NCBI RefSeq assembly: GCF_041886205.1
Contig: NZ_CP169029.1
Direction: 5' to 3' (one strand)
DNA from: Escherichia coli
GTDB lineage: Bacteria > Pseudomonadota > Gammaproteobacteria > Enterobacterales > Enterobacteriaceae
Length of the DNA stretch: 64,000 bases
Shown here: piece by piece, positions 1 through 12,306 of the stretch
How the letters are laid out: each line of letters begins with the position of its first letter
Position numbering within the stretch: the first letter of the stretch is position 1
The notes under the pieces: generated by a model
Database searches by the model: none
What the model was told of the DNA's origin: nothing
Seen by the model: the letters and a program-made list of their open reading frames with translations, nothing else
Program-made: the position numbers and the translations under genes

Positions 1-1
1 A

Positions 2-1519
<1,518 letters not shown>

Positions 1520-1591
1520 GTAAAAAAGTTAGAACGGCAACGCGTACCCTGGGTACGCGTTGTTTGTCTGGAGTTTCAGTTTAACTAGTGA

Positions 1592-2905
<1,314 letters not shown>

Positions 2906-3288
2906 TCCTGTTCTTTAACTCTTAACGTAAAAACCGCTTCGGCGGCAATGCCGATCAGTTAAGGAGCGGTTGACTGATCCTTAAACTGCGGCACTATAAC
3001 GGCTTCCACTCCAGGGAGCCGTTTTCTTATGCCACTTCTCAATGATCTGTTCGCCGCATGAGCCTCAGCGCTGATGGCGAGGTCGGAGAAAAGGTCCTGT
3101 CGCGCAATGCCATTACTCAGGCCCGGCGACGGGTGGCACCGCGCCTCTGGAATGGCTCTTTCATCAGACGGCACAGATCCGGGGAGCAGAACATTACCCC
3201 AAAGATAGCTGGCGTGTATTACAGCCCTTTGTCGTGCACGGGGGACACCGGATAGCAGGAAGTCTGGGGTATATTGCTGGCCTACAAT

Positions 3289-3370
3289 CTGATACGACGG
3301 AAAGCTACAAAGGCAGTAGAAAAGCATAAAAGAGTGCTGAAAGAAATCAGCTTCAAATTTGCCGTATCAG
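3289..3370 (+). repeat. Imperfect direct repeat, copy A (~80 bp) flanking accessory PTS/porin module
   Basis: ctgatacgacggaaagctacaaaggcagtagaaaagcataaaagagtgctgaaagaaatcagcttcaaatttgccgtatcag is repeated with roughly 85% identity at 9475..9554 in the same orientation. Confidence 0.8.
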
Positions 3371-3566
3371 AAAGTAGATGAAATCAGACATTATCTAATA
3401 TTATATTTTGGTTAAAATAGATATCAGAATTTAGCTATCCAATCGGTTTAATAAAATGAACCCGATTAAGATTGCTATGTGCTGAATGTATTTCATTTAA
3501 ATATAAATTAAAAAGTCGCCAGCAAGCTTATTTAACAGAACCGATAAAATAAAAAATGATATAAAT

Positions 3567-4613
3567 TTAGAACCAAAATTCAAGACCGGCGCGGTAAAAA
3601 TAGTCATTACTTTCTGAATTATAGGCGTCAGTTCGACCAATACGGACATAAGGGAGAAAACCATTTTCCATATTCATCATTAACTGTAAAGACGTCACTT
3701 TATCGGCGGTGTCTTTCTGGGTGACATTGTCTATTTTATAATCATTATTTTTGGCATACCCTAGCTTAGCACCATAGATACCATGCCAGTATTCGCCAAT
3801 TAAACTATAGGCATCCTGGGTGCTTTTAACATGGGTAATAAGGTCGGTCGTTTGACCATTTTTATAGCCCGCGTAAAACCTCAGACCAAGATCTGTAATG
3901 GGTATCTCGAGGCCCAAAACATAACCAGAGGCATCCTCCAGATTGTCATTTAACGTGTCATCGGTCGGTTGAACTGATTTGTTGCGAGTTTCTTCATAAG
4001 CAACATGTACTTTCACTGTAGAGAACGGCGTCCAGGTTACCCGTGAGCTGTAAGTCGTCGATCCAGAAACCGTAGAATCATCGCGATTAACGCTGAGAAC
4101 CACATCAAATCCCCCATAGTCTTTTGTTGCAAGGCTACCGTCATAGCGCACCATATTCGACATGCGATTGCTTTGATGCCAATGAACGTCACCTCCCCAG
4201 TCAAAAACGCGACCGAGACCGGGGTTGGTATAAGGCCAGTCAATGATTTCGTATAACGCCCCCTTCATGCGGCCAAAGCGAAGTTTCCCATACTTACCTT
4301 CAAACCCCACAAAGGTATCAAACTTTCCCAGACCAGAGTCGTTGGCCTCATAACCAACATAACCACTTTCAATCTGGAATATAACATTTACACCTTCAGT
4401 TATTTCTTTGTTCCCGCGAAAACCAATATATGATTCGTTATCGAGAGTATAATCATAATTCCTTTCATTGGCCTGAGTGGTAAAAATGGACATGGCTAAT
4501 TTACCATAGATTTCCAGGTTAAAATCTTTTGGCCCTCCCACTTGCATTGCATTTACTATTGTAGGCATAGTCGTAAGCAAAGAAATGCAAATAATATTAC
4601 TTGTTTTATCCAT
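3567..4613 (-). CDS. Putative outer-membrane beta-barrel porin/channel (signal peptide, C-terminal Phe)
   Basis: 348-aa ORF; N-terminal signal peptide ending ...PTIVNA; alternating hydrophobic/aromatic beta-strand pattern throughout; terminal ...GLEFWF typical of OM beta-barrels; AT-rich coding sequence. Confidence 0.7.
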   Translation of the reverse strand: MDKTSNIICISLLTTMPTIVNAMQVGGPKDFNLEIYGKLAMSIFTTQANERNYDYTLDNESYIGFRGNKEITEGVNVIFQIESGYVGYEANDSGLGKFDTFVGFEGKYGKLRFGRMKGALYEIIDWPYTNPGLGRVFDWGGDVHWHQSNRMSNMVRYDGSLATKDYGGFDVVLSVNRDDSTVSGSTTYSSRVTWTPFSTVKVHVAYEETRNKSVQPTDDTLNDNLEDASGYVLGLEIPITDLGLRFYAGYKNGQTTDLITHVKSTQDAYSLIGEYWHGIYGAKLGYAKNNDYKIDNVTQKDTADKVTSLQLMMNMENGFLPYVRIGRTDAYNSESNDYFYRAGLEFWF

Positions 4614-4833
4614 AAGTTGCCCCAGTAATTTTATATCCGAAAAGAGTAAAACCCGCCTTCATGGAGGGCTGTATTCATTACGCCATGAAAGGGCGTATTA
4701 AAATCTTTAAAAAGAAGTCTTCTGCCAGTCCTGTGAGATTTAAATCCAAAGGCAATAAGACAGAGCCAAAACCAGTGGATGACCACGCCCATAGAACGTG
4801 GTTTTCAGTTGGCAATAAATATTGAAAATAGAA

Positions 4834-5691
4834 TTATTTAGTTCTATTGATAATGTCCAGTGAAGATATTATTTTCTCCACATTATCTCCCCGATTAATA
4901 AATAATAACGCATTGAATAAAACATCAACCATAAAACTTTGTGCAGCGGTAATCGTTGATGAATCTGACTGATAAGGATTTGACGTCCCACCCGTCAGTA
5001 AGACAACATCAGCGTACTGACTTAATGAGGAATGCTTTAGTTTACTAATAACAATAGTCATCGCCCCTTTCTCTTTCACTCTTCTTAACGCATCGACAAC
5101 ATCGCGCGTTTCACCAGAGTGTGAAATCGCAACCACCACATCCTTTTTCCCAACGTTGTTCGAATTTAAGGTCATGGTATGATTGTCGATCAGAGCATCG
5201 ACGTTTGCCATAATTCTCATGAATCGATATTTGGCATACAGGACGGATATGGCTGACATACCAATGCCGTAGAAATAAACCTGCCCCGCTTTGCTCAGAC
5301 CGTCAGCTGCACGCATTAGGGTCTGTTCCTCTTGCAGGGCAAGCGTTTCATTGATAACAACGTAATTATCATTAGCCAGCTGTTGTGCAATCCCTGTCAT
5401 GGAGTTCGTCTGCTCATCAAGAGAAATCACTTTTGATAACAATGTATCGTCTGTATCTGTTTCCAGGCGAAGAGTCGTCTTTAATTCTGAAAAGCCCTTG
5501 TATCCCAGCTTTTTACAAAACCGAATAATAGACGCCTCACCAACATTCATTGCATCCGCTAATTTTGCAATGCTCATATTGATGAATTGCATACGATTAT
5601 TTTTAATAAACTGGTAAATACGTATTTCAGTCTGGGTCAATTCATTAATTCTGGTGTTAATTAACGTGTTAAAGACGACTCGGGTTTTCAT
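4834..5691 (-). CDS. RpiR-family transcriptional regulator (HTH + SIS domain)
   Basis: 285-aa ORF; N-terminal HTH segment (IAKLADAMNVGEASIIRFCKKLGYKGFSELK) and C-terminal SIS-like region (VVVAISHSGETRDV); last gene of the PTS operon, 7 bp downstream of the IIA gene. Confidence 0.85.
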   Translation of the reverse strand: MKTRVVFNTLINTRINELTQTEIRIYQFIKNNRMQFINMSIAKLADAMNVGEASIIRFCKKLGYKGFSELKTTLRLETDTDDTLLSKVISLDEQTNSMTGIAQQLANDNYVVINETLALQEEQTLMRAADGLSKAGQVYFYGIGMSAISVLYAKYRFMRIMANVDALIDNHTMTLNSNNVGKKDVVVAISHSGETRDVVDALRRVKEKGAMTIVISKLKHSSLSQYADVVLLTGGTSNPYQSDSSTITAAQSFMVDVLFNALLFINRGDNVEKIISSLDIINRTK

Positions 5692-5698
5692 TAAGTAC

Positions 5699-6004
5699 TC
5701 ACTCCATCTTTTTATAAACCTCTATCAATTCTGTCACAAGTTCACGGCAAAGCATACCTGTCATAAGGTGATCTTGGGCGTGAACCATCACCAGAGTGAT
5801 TTGCAGTTTACCTACCCCCTCATCCAGACCAATTAGCCGAGTCTGCACCTCGTGTGCCTGCCTGAAGGCATCGTCAGAAACCTTTAAAGAGGCTTCCGCT
5901 TCAGCAAAGCTCCCCGCTTTGGCGAACCTGAGCGCCTCCATGGCACAACTGCGACCTTCGCCAGCGGCGATAATCAGCGACATCACATCATTTTCATAGC
6001 TCAT
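5699..6004 (-). CDS. PTS EIIA component, lactose/cellobiose family
   Basis: 101-aa ORF with size and helical pattern of the lactose/cellobiose IIA family; conserved His region (VMVHAQDHLM). Confidence 0.85.
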   Translation of the reverse strand: MSYENDVMSLIIAAGEGRSCAMEALRFAKAGSFAEAEASLKVSDDAFRQAHEVQTRLIGLDEGVGKLQITLVMVHAQDHLMTGMLCRELVTELIEVYKKME

Positions 6005-6040
6005 TTAAATTATCTCGTGTTAGGTATCGGTGGATACGAT

Positions 6041-6352
6041 TCATTTTGATGAAATCAGATCAACGGCCTGTTGATACACTTTTTCACCATTCATAGCCCC
6101 ATACAGTAACGGGCTGATGGCCTCTGATTTCTTGCCATTCATTTCTGCCAGCTTTTGTATTTCCGTCAGCTTAAATCGAATCTGAGGCGCAACCAGTACG
6201 ACGTCATAATTCGCGATGACATCTTTCAGAACATCAACGCCGTGAGCTTCAATAACTGATTCATGGCCGACGGAATTGGCGTAATCTTTCATTCGCTTCA
6301 TTAACATTGAGGTAGACATTCCCGCAGCGCACACTAAAAGTATCTTATTCAT
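6041..6352 (-). CDS. PTS EIIB component, lactose/cellobiose family
   Basis: 103-aa ORF starting MNKILLVCAAGMSTSMLMK; the phospho-Cys loop CAAGMSTS is diagnostic of cellobiose-type IIB. Confidence 0.9.
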   Translation of the reverse strand: MNKILLVCAAGMSTSMLMKRMKDYANSVGHESVIEAHGVDVLKDVIANYDVVLVAPQIRFKLTEIQKLAEMNGKKSEAISPLLYGAMNGEKVYQQAVDLISSK

Positions 6353-6376
6353 AGCAATTACCCGTCATTGATAAAA

Positions 6377-7921
6377 TTATGTCACAGTAATATGTAAACC
6401 ACTCATCCGCCGGAAAGGGGCGGAAATGGAAGTGATCGTAGGACTGCGGCCGTTAAAGCTATAGTGAATATTTTCCATCCAGGTCTTTTCGATTTCAGAC
6501 TTAATTTTATCGAACACCATCGTTTCCTTTTCTTCAAATGAGGAATAGCTCTGGCCAATTGAAGGTAAATATTCAAACTGAACAGGGAAGCGGACTTCGG
6601 TCTGGTAAGCCCAGTCCGATACCAGCCTTTCTTTTAAGAAACGTTCGATAGCGTCAGCATTATCGCCCATGGTCGAAAAGACAAGGTTCGCTATCCCCGT
6701 ACCTAACGAATTACACGTTGTGTTCCAGCCTGCGTAGCCCTTAATGGTATCGAGTGCGCCGGCTTTATCCAGCGCCCGAATAAGTTCAGTTTCACCGCCG
6801 TTTGACATCGCCACATCGATGACTACCACTGACACCTGCAAAGCTCTGCTGGCAATTTCTTTTGCATAGGTCACCAGGTCACGATGGGTGTAGTAAGTGA
6901 TATTTTTATACTTTGGCTTCCGCACACCGGTATGCAGGTTATAGCCATAGCTAATATCAAAAGCCTCCTGCATTATCTCACCGCACCCATTGATCGCTAA
7001 AACAGGCAGCGAGGCATCATTATCGACCAACGTTATACCCGACGCGGCTGCATACGAACGCAGTGAGTGTATAAAAGGACGATCTTCATAATTCGGGATA
7101 TAGGTTTTAAACAGTTCGTTTGAATAGAGTGTGGTGGCTATAAAATCCTTTTTCCTCATCGACAAATAGGCTTTGGTCAACAATGTGCATCCAGACTCAT
7201 CGGTGCCAGGATGAACAAACACCCGGTCCTGTACCCCAAGCAGGGATATCTTTTCGTAAATGCGTTCCTGATCCTGCATCGTAAAACCAAATTCCGCGGT
7301 ATCGTCCAGCGGGATTATCAGCTGATCGATAATCTTTTCATCAACGAGTTCTATCGCATTCTCAATGAGCTGCAGATTTTTACTTCTGCGCGACAGCCAG
7401 TCGTCAAAGGAAGCAGAATTAATAGCGGAACGATGTGCAAGCAGATGCGCTTTTTCGTCTTCGCTCAGCCCGACACGCTTCTCTTTGTCAGACAGATAAC
7501 CAACCTGAAAAATTGAATGCCCGATATGTGCATAGTAATCCGGTTCTTCTTCACTGGAATTATATTTTGGCGTACGTAGCACCAGTGAAGATGCATAAAT
7601 CTTAAGTGCCGGATAACTTTCTTTCAGTGTTTTAATTTTATTTAACCTTGCTATAAGCTCAGTTAATTCCATCTGATGAATACGCGCGGGAAAAAGTCCA
7701 CCGTAGAGATACATATCCAGGCTGATAATTAACGCATCGGAATCGGCACAGTGGCTGTTTATAAAGTCATCTACAGCCTGATGTGAAGCTGGTTGTTTTT
7801 TGTATCCTAAAATCTCTTTCGCTGGCATTTTTAACGAAATATTGCTGTCCATCGAGGCCAGAGAAATCAGGAAGTCATAGTTATAAGGTCGGATATCCAG
7901 AGGTATGCTAATTATATTCAT
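6377..7921 (-). CDS. Uncharacterised 514-aa protein embedded in PTS operon (possibly DUF4127-like)
   Basis: Long intact AT-rich ORF, tightly spaced between the IIC and IIB genes (15 bp and 24 bp gaps); no signal peptide or TM segments evident; no catalytic motif I can assign by eye. The family guess comes from memory of size and PTS context only. Confidence 0.6.
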   Translation of the reverse strand: MNIISIPLDIRPYNYDFLISLASMDSNISLKMPAKEILGYKKQPASHQAVDDFINSHCADSDALIISLDMYLYGGLFPARIHQMELTELIARLNKIKTLKESYPALKIYASSLVLRTPKYNSSEEEPDYYAHIGHSIFQVGYLSDKEKRVGLSEDEKAHLLAHRSAINSASFDDWLSRRSKNLQLIENAIELVDEKIIDQLIIPLDDTAEFGFTMQDQERIYEKISLLGVQDRVFVHPGTDESGCTLLTKAYLSMRKKDFIATTLYSNELFKTYIPNYEDRPFIHSLRSYAAASGITLVDNDASLPVLAINGCGEIMQEAFDISYGYNLHTGVRKPKYKNITYYTHRDLVTYAKEIASRALQVSVVVIDVAMSNGGETELIRALDKAGALDTIKGYAGWNTTCNSLGTGIANLVFSTMGDNADAIERFLKERLVSDWAYQTEVRFPVQFEYLPSIGQSYSSFEEKETMVFDKIKSEIEKTWMENIHYSFNGRSPTITSISAPFRRMSGLHITVT

Positions 7922-7936
7922 GTGCTCTTTCTCTGA

Positions 7937-9259
7937 TTATTTCTGTTTATTCATGGCGAAAACAAATGGCAGATAAATGATAACCGACAAGCTGATTAAA
8001 AATACGGATAGCACCGCAGCTCTCCAGTCTCCTCCCGTAGCCAGGAAGGCGCTAATCACTGGTGGCGTTGTCCATGGCACAAGAACATATGTATGGTTAA
8101 TCAAATCCATTGCCGTCGCGGCATAAGCAATCACGATGCTGATAATCGGAGTGAATAAAAATGGTACAATTAGCACCGGGTTGAACATAATTGGCAAACC
8201 AAAAATGATGGGTTCATTTATGTTGAACAACATCCCAGGAGTTGCCAGACGAGTAATCGCACGATGCTCTGATTTTTTCGCTGCAATCCATAAAGCAATC
8301 AGTAAGCCGATTGTCTGGCCTCCGCCGCCCATAAATCCAAAGGCATCGATGAACGGTTTTGTGACGATATGTGGGATTTCAAGGCCAGCCTTAAACGCGG
8401 CAGTATTTTCCTGAATCGCCACCAGCAGGGTTGTCTCAGTAATAGGGTACATGATACTGGCACCATGGATCCCTGCCCACCATAATCCGTTTTGCGTCAA
8501 AAGTAGTCCTATTACTCCGCTCAGACCCTGTAAAATATTTTGCAGCGGAGCCTGAATCATCAGAGTAACGATTTCATGTATGTTTTTGTTGAAGAGACTG
8601 CTTAACGACCATGCAAAGAGACTCAGCAAGGTTAACACCAGGATCATCGGTATTAATACGTTAAAGCTCCTTGATACGGAGGGGGGAACTGAATCAGATA
8701 AAGTAATTTTCAATTTAGATGAGGCCGAAACTTTGCGAAAAAGTTCAGTGGAAATAAGCGCCACAAATATGCCTACAAACATACCAGACGCGCCACTTTC
8801 ATTGCCGCTGATTAGCCCCGAAACCTGAAAAACCTCGCCCGTCGGCGCTGTAACGGGAATGGTGACCGGGAACAAAACAAATAAACATGCCAGTGAGAAG
8901 ATGGCATACGTTATCCCATCCTCGCCATAGCTGTTGGCTAATCGATATGAAATCATCACCGTTGCCAGAAAGGCGAGAATATTCAGCGTTCCGTTATAGA
9001 CGCGGATGCCAATTTCCTGTAGGTGGCGAACCCATGCGCCTTCCAGCCCCAGAAAACCGACTAAACCGGATTCGCCGTTGAGCAATACATTATTTATTAA
9101 TATAAATAGAGACGCAGCAATAATTAAAGGCATGAGCGCGACAAATGATTCCCTCACTGCCGAAAGATGTCGCTGTCCTGAAAAATCGCCCGCCCAATTA
9201 GAGATCTTGTCAATGAAAACAAGACCACTCCCACTTTTAATTTTATTGATGAAATTCAT
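7937..9259 (-). CDS. PTS EIIC permease, lactose/cellobiose family
   Basis: 440-aa polytopic membrane protein with multiple hydrophobic segments; first gene of the operon IIC-unknown-IIB-IIA-RpiR. Confidence 0.85.
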   Translation of the reverse strand: MNFINKIKSGSGLVFIDKISNWAGDFSGQRHLSAVRESFVALMPLIIAASLFILINNVLLNGESGLVGFLGLEGAWVRHLQEIGIRVYNGTLNILAFLATVMISYRLANSYGEDGITYAIFSLACLFVLFPVTIPVTAPTGEVFQVSGLISGNESGASGMFVGIFVALISTELFRKVSASSKLKITLSDSVPPSVSRSFNVLIPMILVLTLLSLFAWSLSSLFNKNIHEIVTLMIQAPLQNILQGLSGVIGLLLTQNGLWWAGIHGASIMYPITETTLLVAIQENTAAFKAGLEIPHIVTKPFIDAFGFMGGGGQTIGLLIALWIAAKKSEHRAITRLATPGMLFNINEPIIFGLPIMFNPVLIVPFLFTPIISIVIAYAATAMDLINHTYVLVPWTTPPVISAFLATGGDWRAAVLSVFLISLSVIIYLPFVFAMNKQK

Positions 9260-9474
9260 ATAAGAAAATCTCGCGCCCTAGATATTAGTTTCAGCGTATT
9301 TTATTTATCCCCTTTCGTAATACTGTTAGCTTTGTCACAAAACTCCAAAAATTCCAACTAAAATGATACTAAATGGAGTTTTTTTGGTTTTGTAATCTAC
9401 CGTTCTGGAGTCTGGTATTAACAATAAAAGCGGCTTTCGCAGGAGGATAAATCATCAGCATTTGTCCAGACAAG

Positions 9475-9554
9475 CTGATACGACGGGAAGCTATAAAGGT
9501 ACAGAAAAGCATAAAAGAGCGCCGTTAGAAATCAGCTTTAAATTTGCCTTTCAG
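9475..9554 (+). repeat. Imperfect direct repeat, copy B (partner of 3289..3370)
   Basis: ctgatacgacgggaagctataaaggtacagaaaagcataaaagagcgccgttagaaatcagctttaaatttgcctttcag; same orientation as copy A. Confidence 0.8.
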
Positions 9555-9759
9555 TTTATACAACAGAAATGATAGTGCCGGGAAACACGTCGTCGCCGGG
9601 AATGCTCCCAAGAGACTGGAGTATCGGAGGGGAAACCTGGAAGCGCTGTTCATAACAAAACGCCCCGACCGTCAAGGCCGCGGGTGGTGAAGATATCAAA
9701 ACGTCCATGCTGTTCCGCTTAAGTGAACGGCATTGCGCTGCAGTGGGTTTTTTATGCCT

Positions 9760-10584
9760 TCAAAGTAGTAGCGGTAGGGTCGCACTCGCCGTTTGCTGGC
9801 TCACATCGTTGTACTTTTCATCCAGTCCAAACAGCGACGTGGTGAGCAGTTCCACCAACAGCATGACACCAACCTTGGCGTTTAGCGCGCCAGCACTCAA
9901 CGGACCTTCTGGTTTGGCTGCGACCAGTTGAATATCACTCAGCGAAGCCAGCGGACTATGCGGTGTATTACTCAGCGCCAGTATGCGTACACCTTGCTTA
10001 CGCGCCAGTTTAACCACATGCAGCAGATCGCGTGTGGAGCCTGAACTGGATATTGCCACTACCAGCGTGTCTTTGCTTAGCGTTGTAGCGTTCATAGCAG
10101 CACGGTGCATGTCGCTGAACAATTGCGCGGGTTTGCCGAGGCGCAGGAGTTTGTAATGTAAATACTCTCCCAGAATAGCGCTGGCCGCTACGCCATAAAT
10201 TTGTACCGACTGAGCCTGATGCAGCGCCAGAGCGGCTGCTTCCAGTAATGTTCTGTCGAGTAATTTTGCCGTGTCCTGCAGCGCTTGCACGGATTCATTG
10301 ACGACATTGTCAATCTCATCACCGCTGCGCTCTACCAGCTCTCCTTGCCGGAGATCGAGTGCCAGCGCCATCTTAAATTCGTTATAGCCCTTACACCCCA
10401 GCGTACGGCACAGACGTGTGACGCTCGCCTCGCTGGTGTCGCTTTCACGCGCCAGTTCGGTAATCGTCAGGTAGACCACTCTTGCCGGATCGCTAAGCAC
10501 AAACTCTCCCAGCTTCTGTTGAGTTCGACTATATCCATCAACGCTCTGGCGCAATCTCAGCAGTAGGTTTTCATTTTCTGACAT
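9760..10584 (-). CDS. RpiR/MurR-like transcriptional regulator (HTH + SIS)
   Basis: 274-aa ORF; N-terminal HTH (ITELARESDTSEASVTRLCRTLGCKGYNEFK), SIS-type C-terminal domain (LVVAISSSGSTRDL); divergent from the EIICB gene. Confidence 0.85.
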   Translation of the reverse strand: MSENENLLLRLRQSVDGYSRTQQKLGEFVLSDPARVVYLTITELARESDTSEASVTRLCRTLGCKGYNEFKMALALDLRQGELVERSGDEIDNVVNESVQALQDTAKLLDRTLLEAAALALHQAQSVQIYGVAASAILGEYLHYKLLRLGKPAQLFSDMHRAAMNATTLSKDTLVVAISSSGSTRDLLHVVKLARKQGVRILALSNTPHSPLASLSDIQLVAAKPEGPLSAGALNAKVGVMLLVELLTTSLFGLDEKYNDVSQQTASATLPLLL

Positions 10585-10710
10585 GCAAAATCCTTAATGC
10601 GTTTCTCTGCCGATAGTGTGGCGGAAAGTAGGGGAGAGATGCTAGTCATTTTAAAAAAGTATGATCGGTGCCCTGGTTTTTGATGGTAATTTTCATTTTT
10701 ATAATTAGTT

Positions 10711-12306
10711 GTGGTAAAAATTTTCATCAAAGAGCGGGGAGATGAAAAAATGATGCAAATATTTAGCGGCGCTTCGTCAGGCGCATGGTTTGAAAAAGCG
10801 CAGCGGTTCGGCAAATCGTTCATGCTGCCGATTGCGGTATTGCCCGCAGCGGGGTTGTTGTTGGGGATTGGTGGGGCTCTGTCGAATCCCAATACGCTGA
10901 CGGCCTACCCATTCTTGAATGTCGACTGGCTGCAGGCAATTTTCACGATCATGACCAGCGCAGGTTCTATCGTGTTTGCCAACCTGTCGGTGCTTTTTGC
11001 GGTTGGTGTTGCCGTGGGACTGGCGAAAACGGATAAAGGCACGGCGGGCCTTGCGGCATTGCTGGCTTTTCTGGTGATGAATGCCACCATCAATGCTTTG
11101 TTAACGCTCAACGGAACGTTGGCGCACGAAAATCCAGGTGCTGTGGGCCAAGGGATGACGCTGGGCATTCAGACGCTGGAAACGGGCGTTTTTGGCGGGG
11201 TCGTGATTGGTCTGGTCACCTGCGCACTGCATAACCGTTTCAATAAAGTCTCACTCCCTCAGTTTCTTGGCTTTTTCAGTGGTTCGCGTTTTGTACCGAT
11301 TATCAGTTCGCTTGCCGCGATTGTAGTGGGGGTGATCATGACGGTGGTATGGCCGCATTTCCAGAAGCTCATTTTTGGACTGGGCGGTCTGGTGGATGCG
11401 ACGGGCTATCTGGGGACGCTACTGTATGGTTTCATTCTGCGTATGCTTGGCCCACTGGGTTTACACCATATCTTTTATTTGCCGTTCTGGACAACAGCGC
11501 TGGGAGGGAGCGAAATCGTCAACGGTCAACTGGTCGAAGGCACCCAGCGTATTTTCTTTGCCCAACTTGCCGATCCGAATACGCAGCAGTTTTATGCCGG
11601 TACCTCGCGCTTTATGTCCGGGCGCTTTATCACCATGATGTTTGGCCTGCTTGGCGCATGCCTCGCGATGTACCACACGGCAAAACCGGAGAAGAGAAAG
11701 CTTGTCGCCGGACTGCTGTTGTCGGCGGCCCTGACTTCTTTCCTGACGGGCATCACTGAGCCTATTGAGTTCTCCTTCCTGTTTGTGGCTCCGGTGTTAT
11801 ATGTCATTCACGCCTTCTTCGATGGTCTGGCGTTTATGATGGCGCATATTTTACATATCACTATTGGGCAAACCTTTTCGGGTGGACTGATCGATTTCCT
11901 CCTCTTCGGCGTGCTACAGGGGGAAGCGAAAACCAACTGGATGTACGTCCCCTTGGTTGGGGTTCCGTGGTTCTTTCTTTACTACTTCACCTTCCGTTAT
12001 TTGATTAACCGTTTTAACTGGCTGACGCCCGGGCGCGAGAACACAGCCCAGGTGGAGTCCGGTCTGCCTCAGAGCGAACGCGCAGCGGCAGTCATCGCCG
12101 GACTGGGAGGCAAAGAGAATCTGGAAGAGGTGGACTGTTGCGCCACACGCTTACGCGTGACGGTGAAAGAGAGCAGCAAGGTAGATGAAGCTGCGCTGAA
12201 AGCGACCGGAGCGCGTGGCGTAATTATTCGCGGCAACGGTGTTCAGGTGATTTATGGCCCGCATGTCACCATAATTAAAAATGAAGTCGAAGAGATCTTA
12301 TCATGA
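10711..12306 (+). CDS. PTS EIICB component, glucose/N-acetylglucosamine superfamily
   Basis: 531-aa ORF; N-terminal IIC membrane domain, C-terminal IIB domain with the phospho-Cys motif ([11 protein letters not shown]). The start may instead be an internal Met at about 10750 (MMQIFSG...). Stop overlaps the next gene's start (ATGA). Confidence 0.85.
   Translation: MVKIFIKERGDEKMMQIFSGASSGAWFEKAQRFGKSFMLPIAVLPAAGLLLGIGGALSNPNTLTAYPFLNVDWLQAIFTIMTSAGSIVFANLSVLFAVGVAVGLAKTDKGTAGLAALLAFLVMNATINALLTLNGTLAHENPGAVGQGMTLGIQTLETGVFGGVVIGLVTCALHNRFNKVSLPQFLGFFSGSRFVPIISSLAAIVVGVIMTVVWPHFQKLIFGLGGLVDATGYLGTLLYGFILRMLGPLGLHHIFYLPFWTTALGGSEIVNGQLVEGTQRIFFAQLADPNTQQFYAGTSRFMSGRFITMMFGLLGACLAMYHTAKPEKRKLVAGLLLSAALTSFLTGITEPIEFSFLFVAPVLYVIHAFFDGLAFMMAHILHITIGQTFSGGLIDFLLFGVLQGEAKTNWMYVPLVGVPWFFLYYFTFRYLINRFNWLTPGRENTAQVESGLPQSERAAAVIAGLGGKENLEEVDCCATRLRVTVKESSKVDEAALKATGARGVIIRGNGVQVIYGPHVTIIKNEVEEILS

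Noticed and set aside
2959-3327. 122-aa minus-strand ORF and 65-aa plus-strand ORF (3058..3255) downstream of eno
   Set aside because: No recognisable motifs, no convincing RBS, mutually overlapping. Treated as non-coding or a decayed remnant (see finding) rather than genes.
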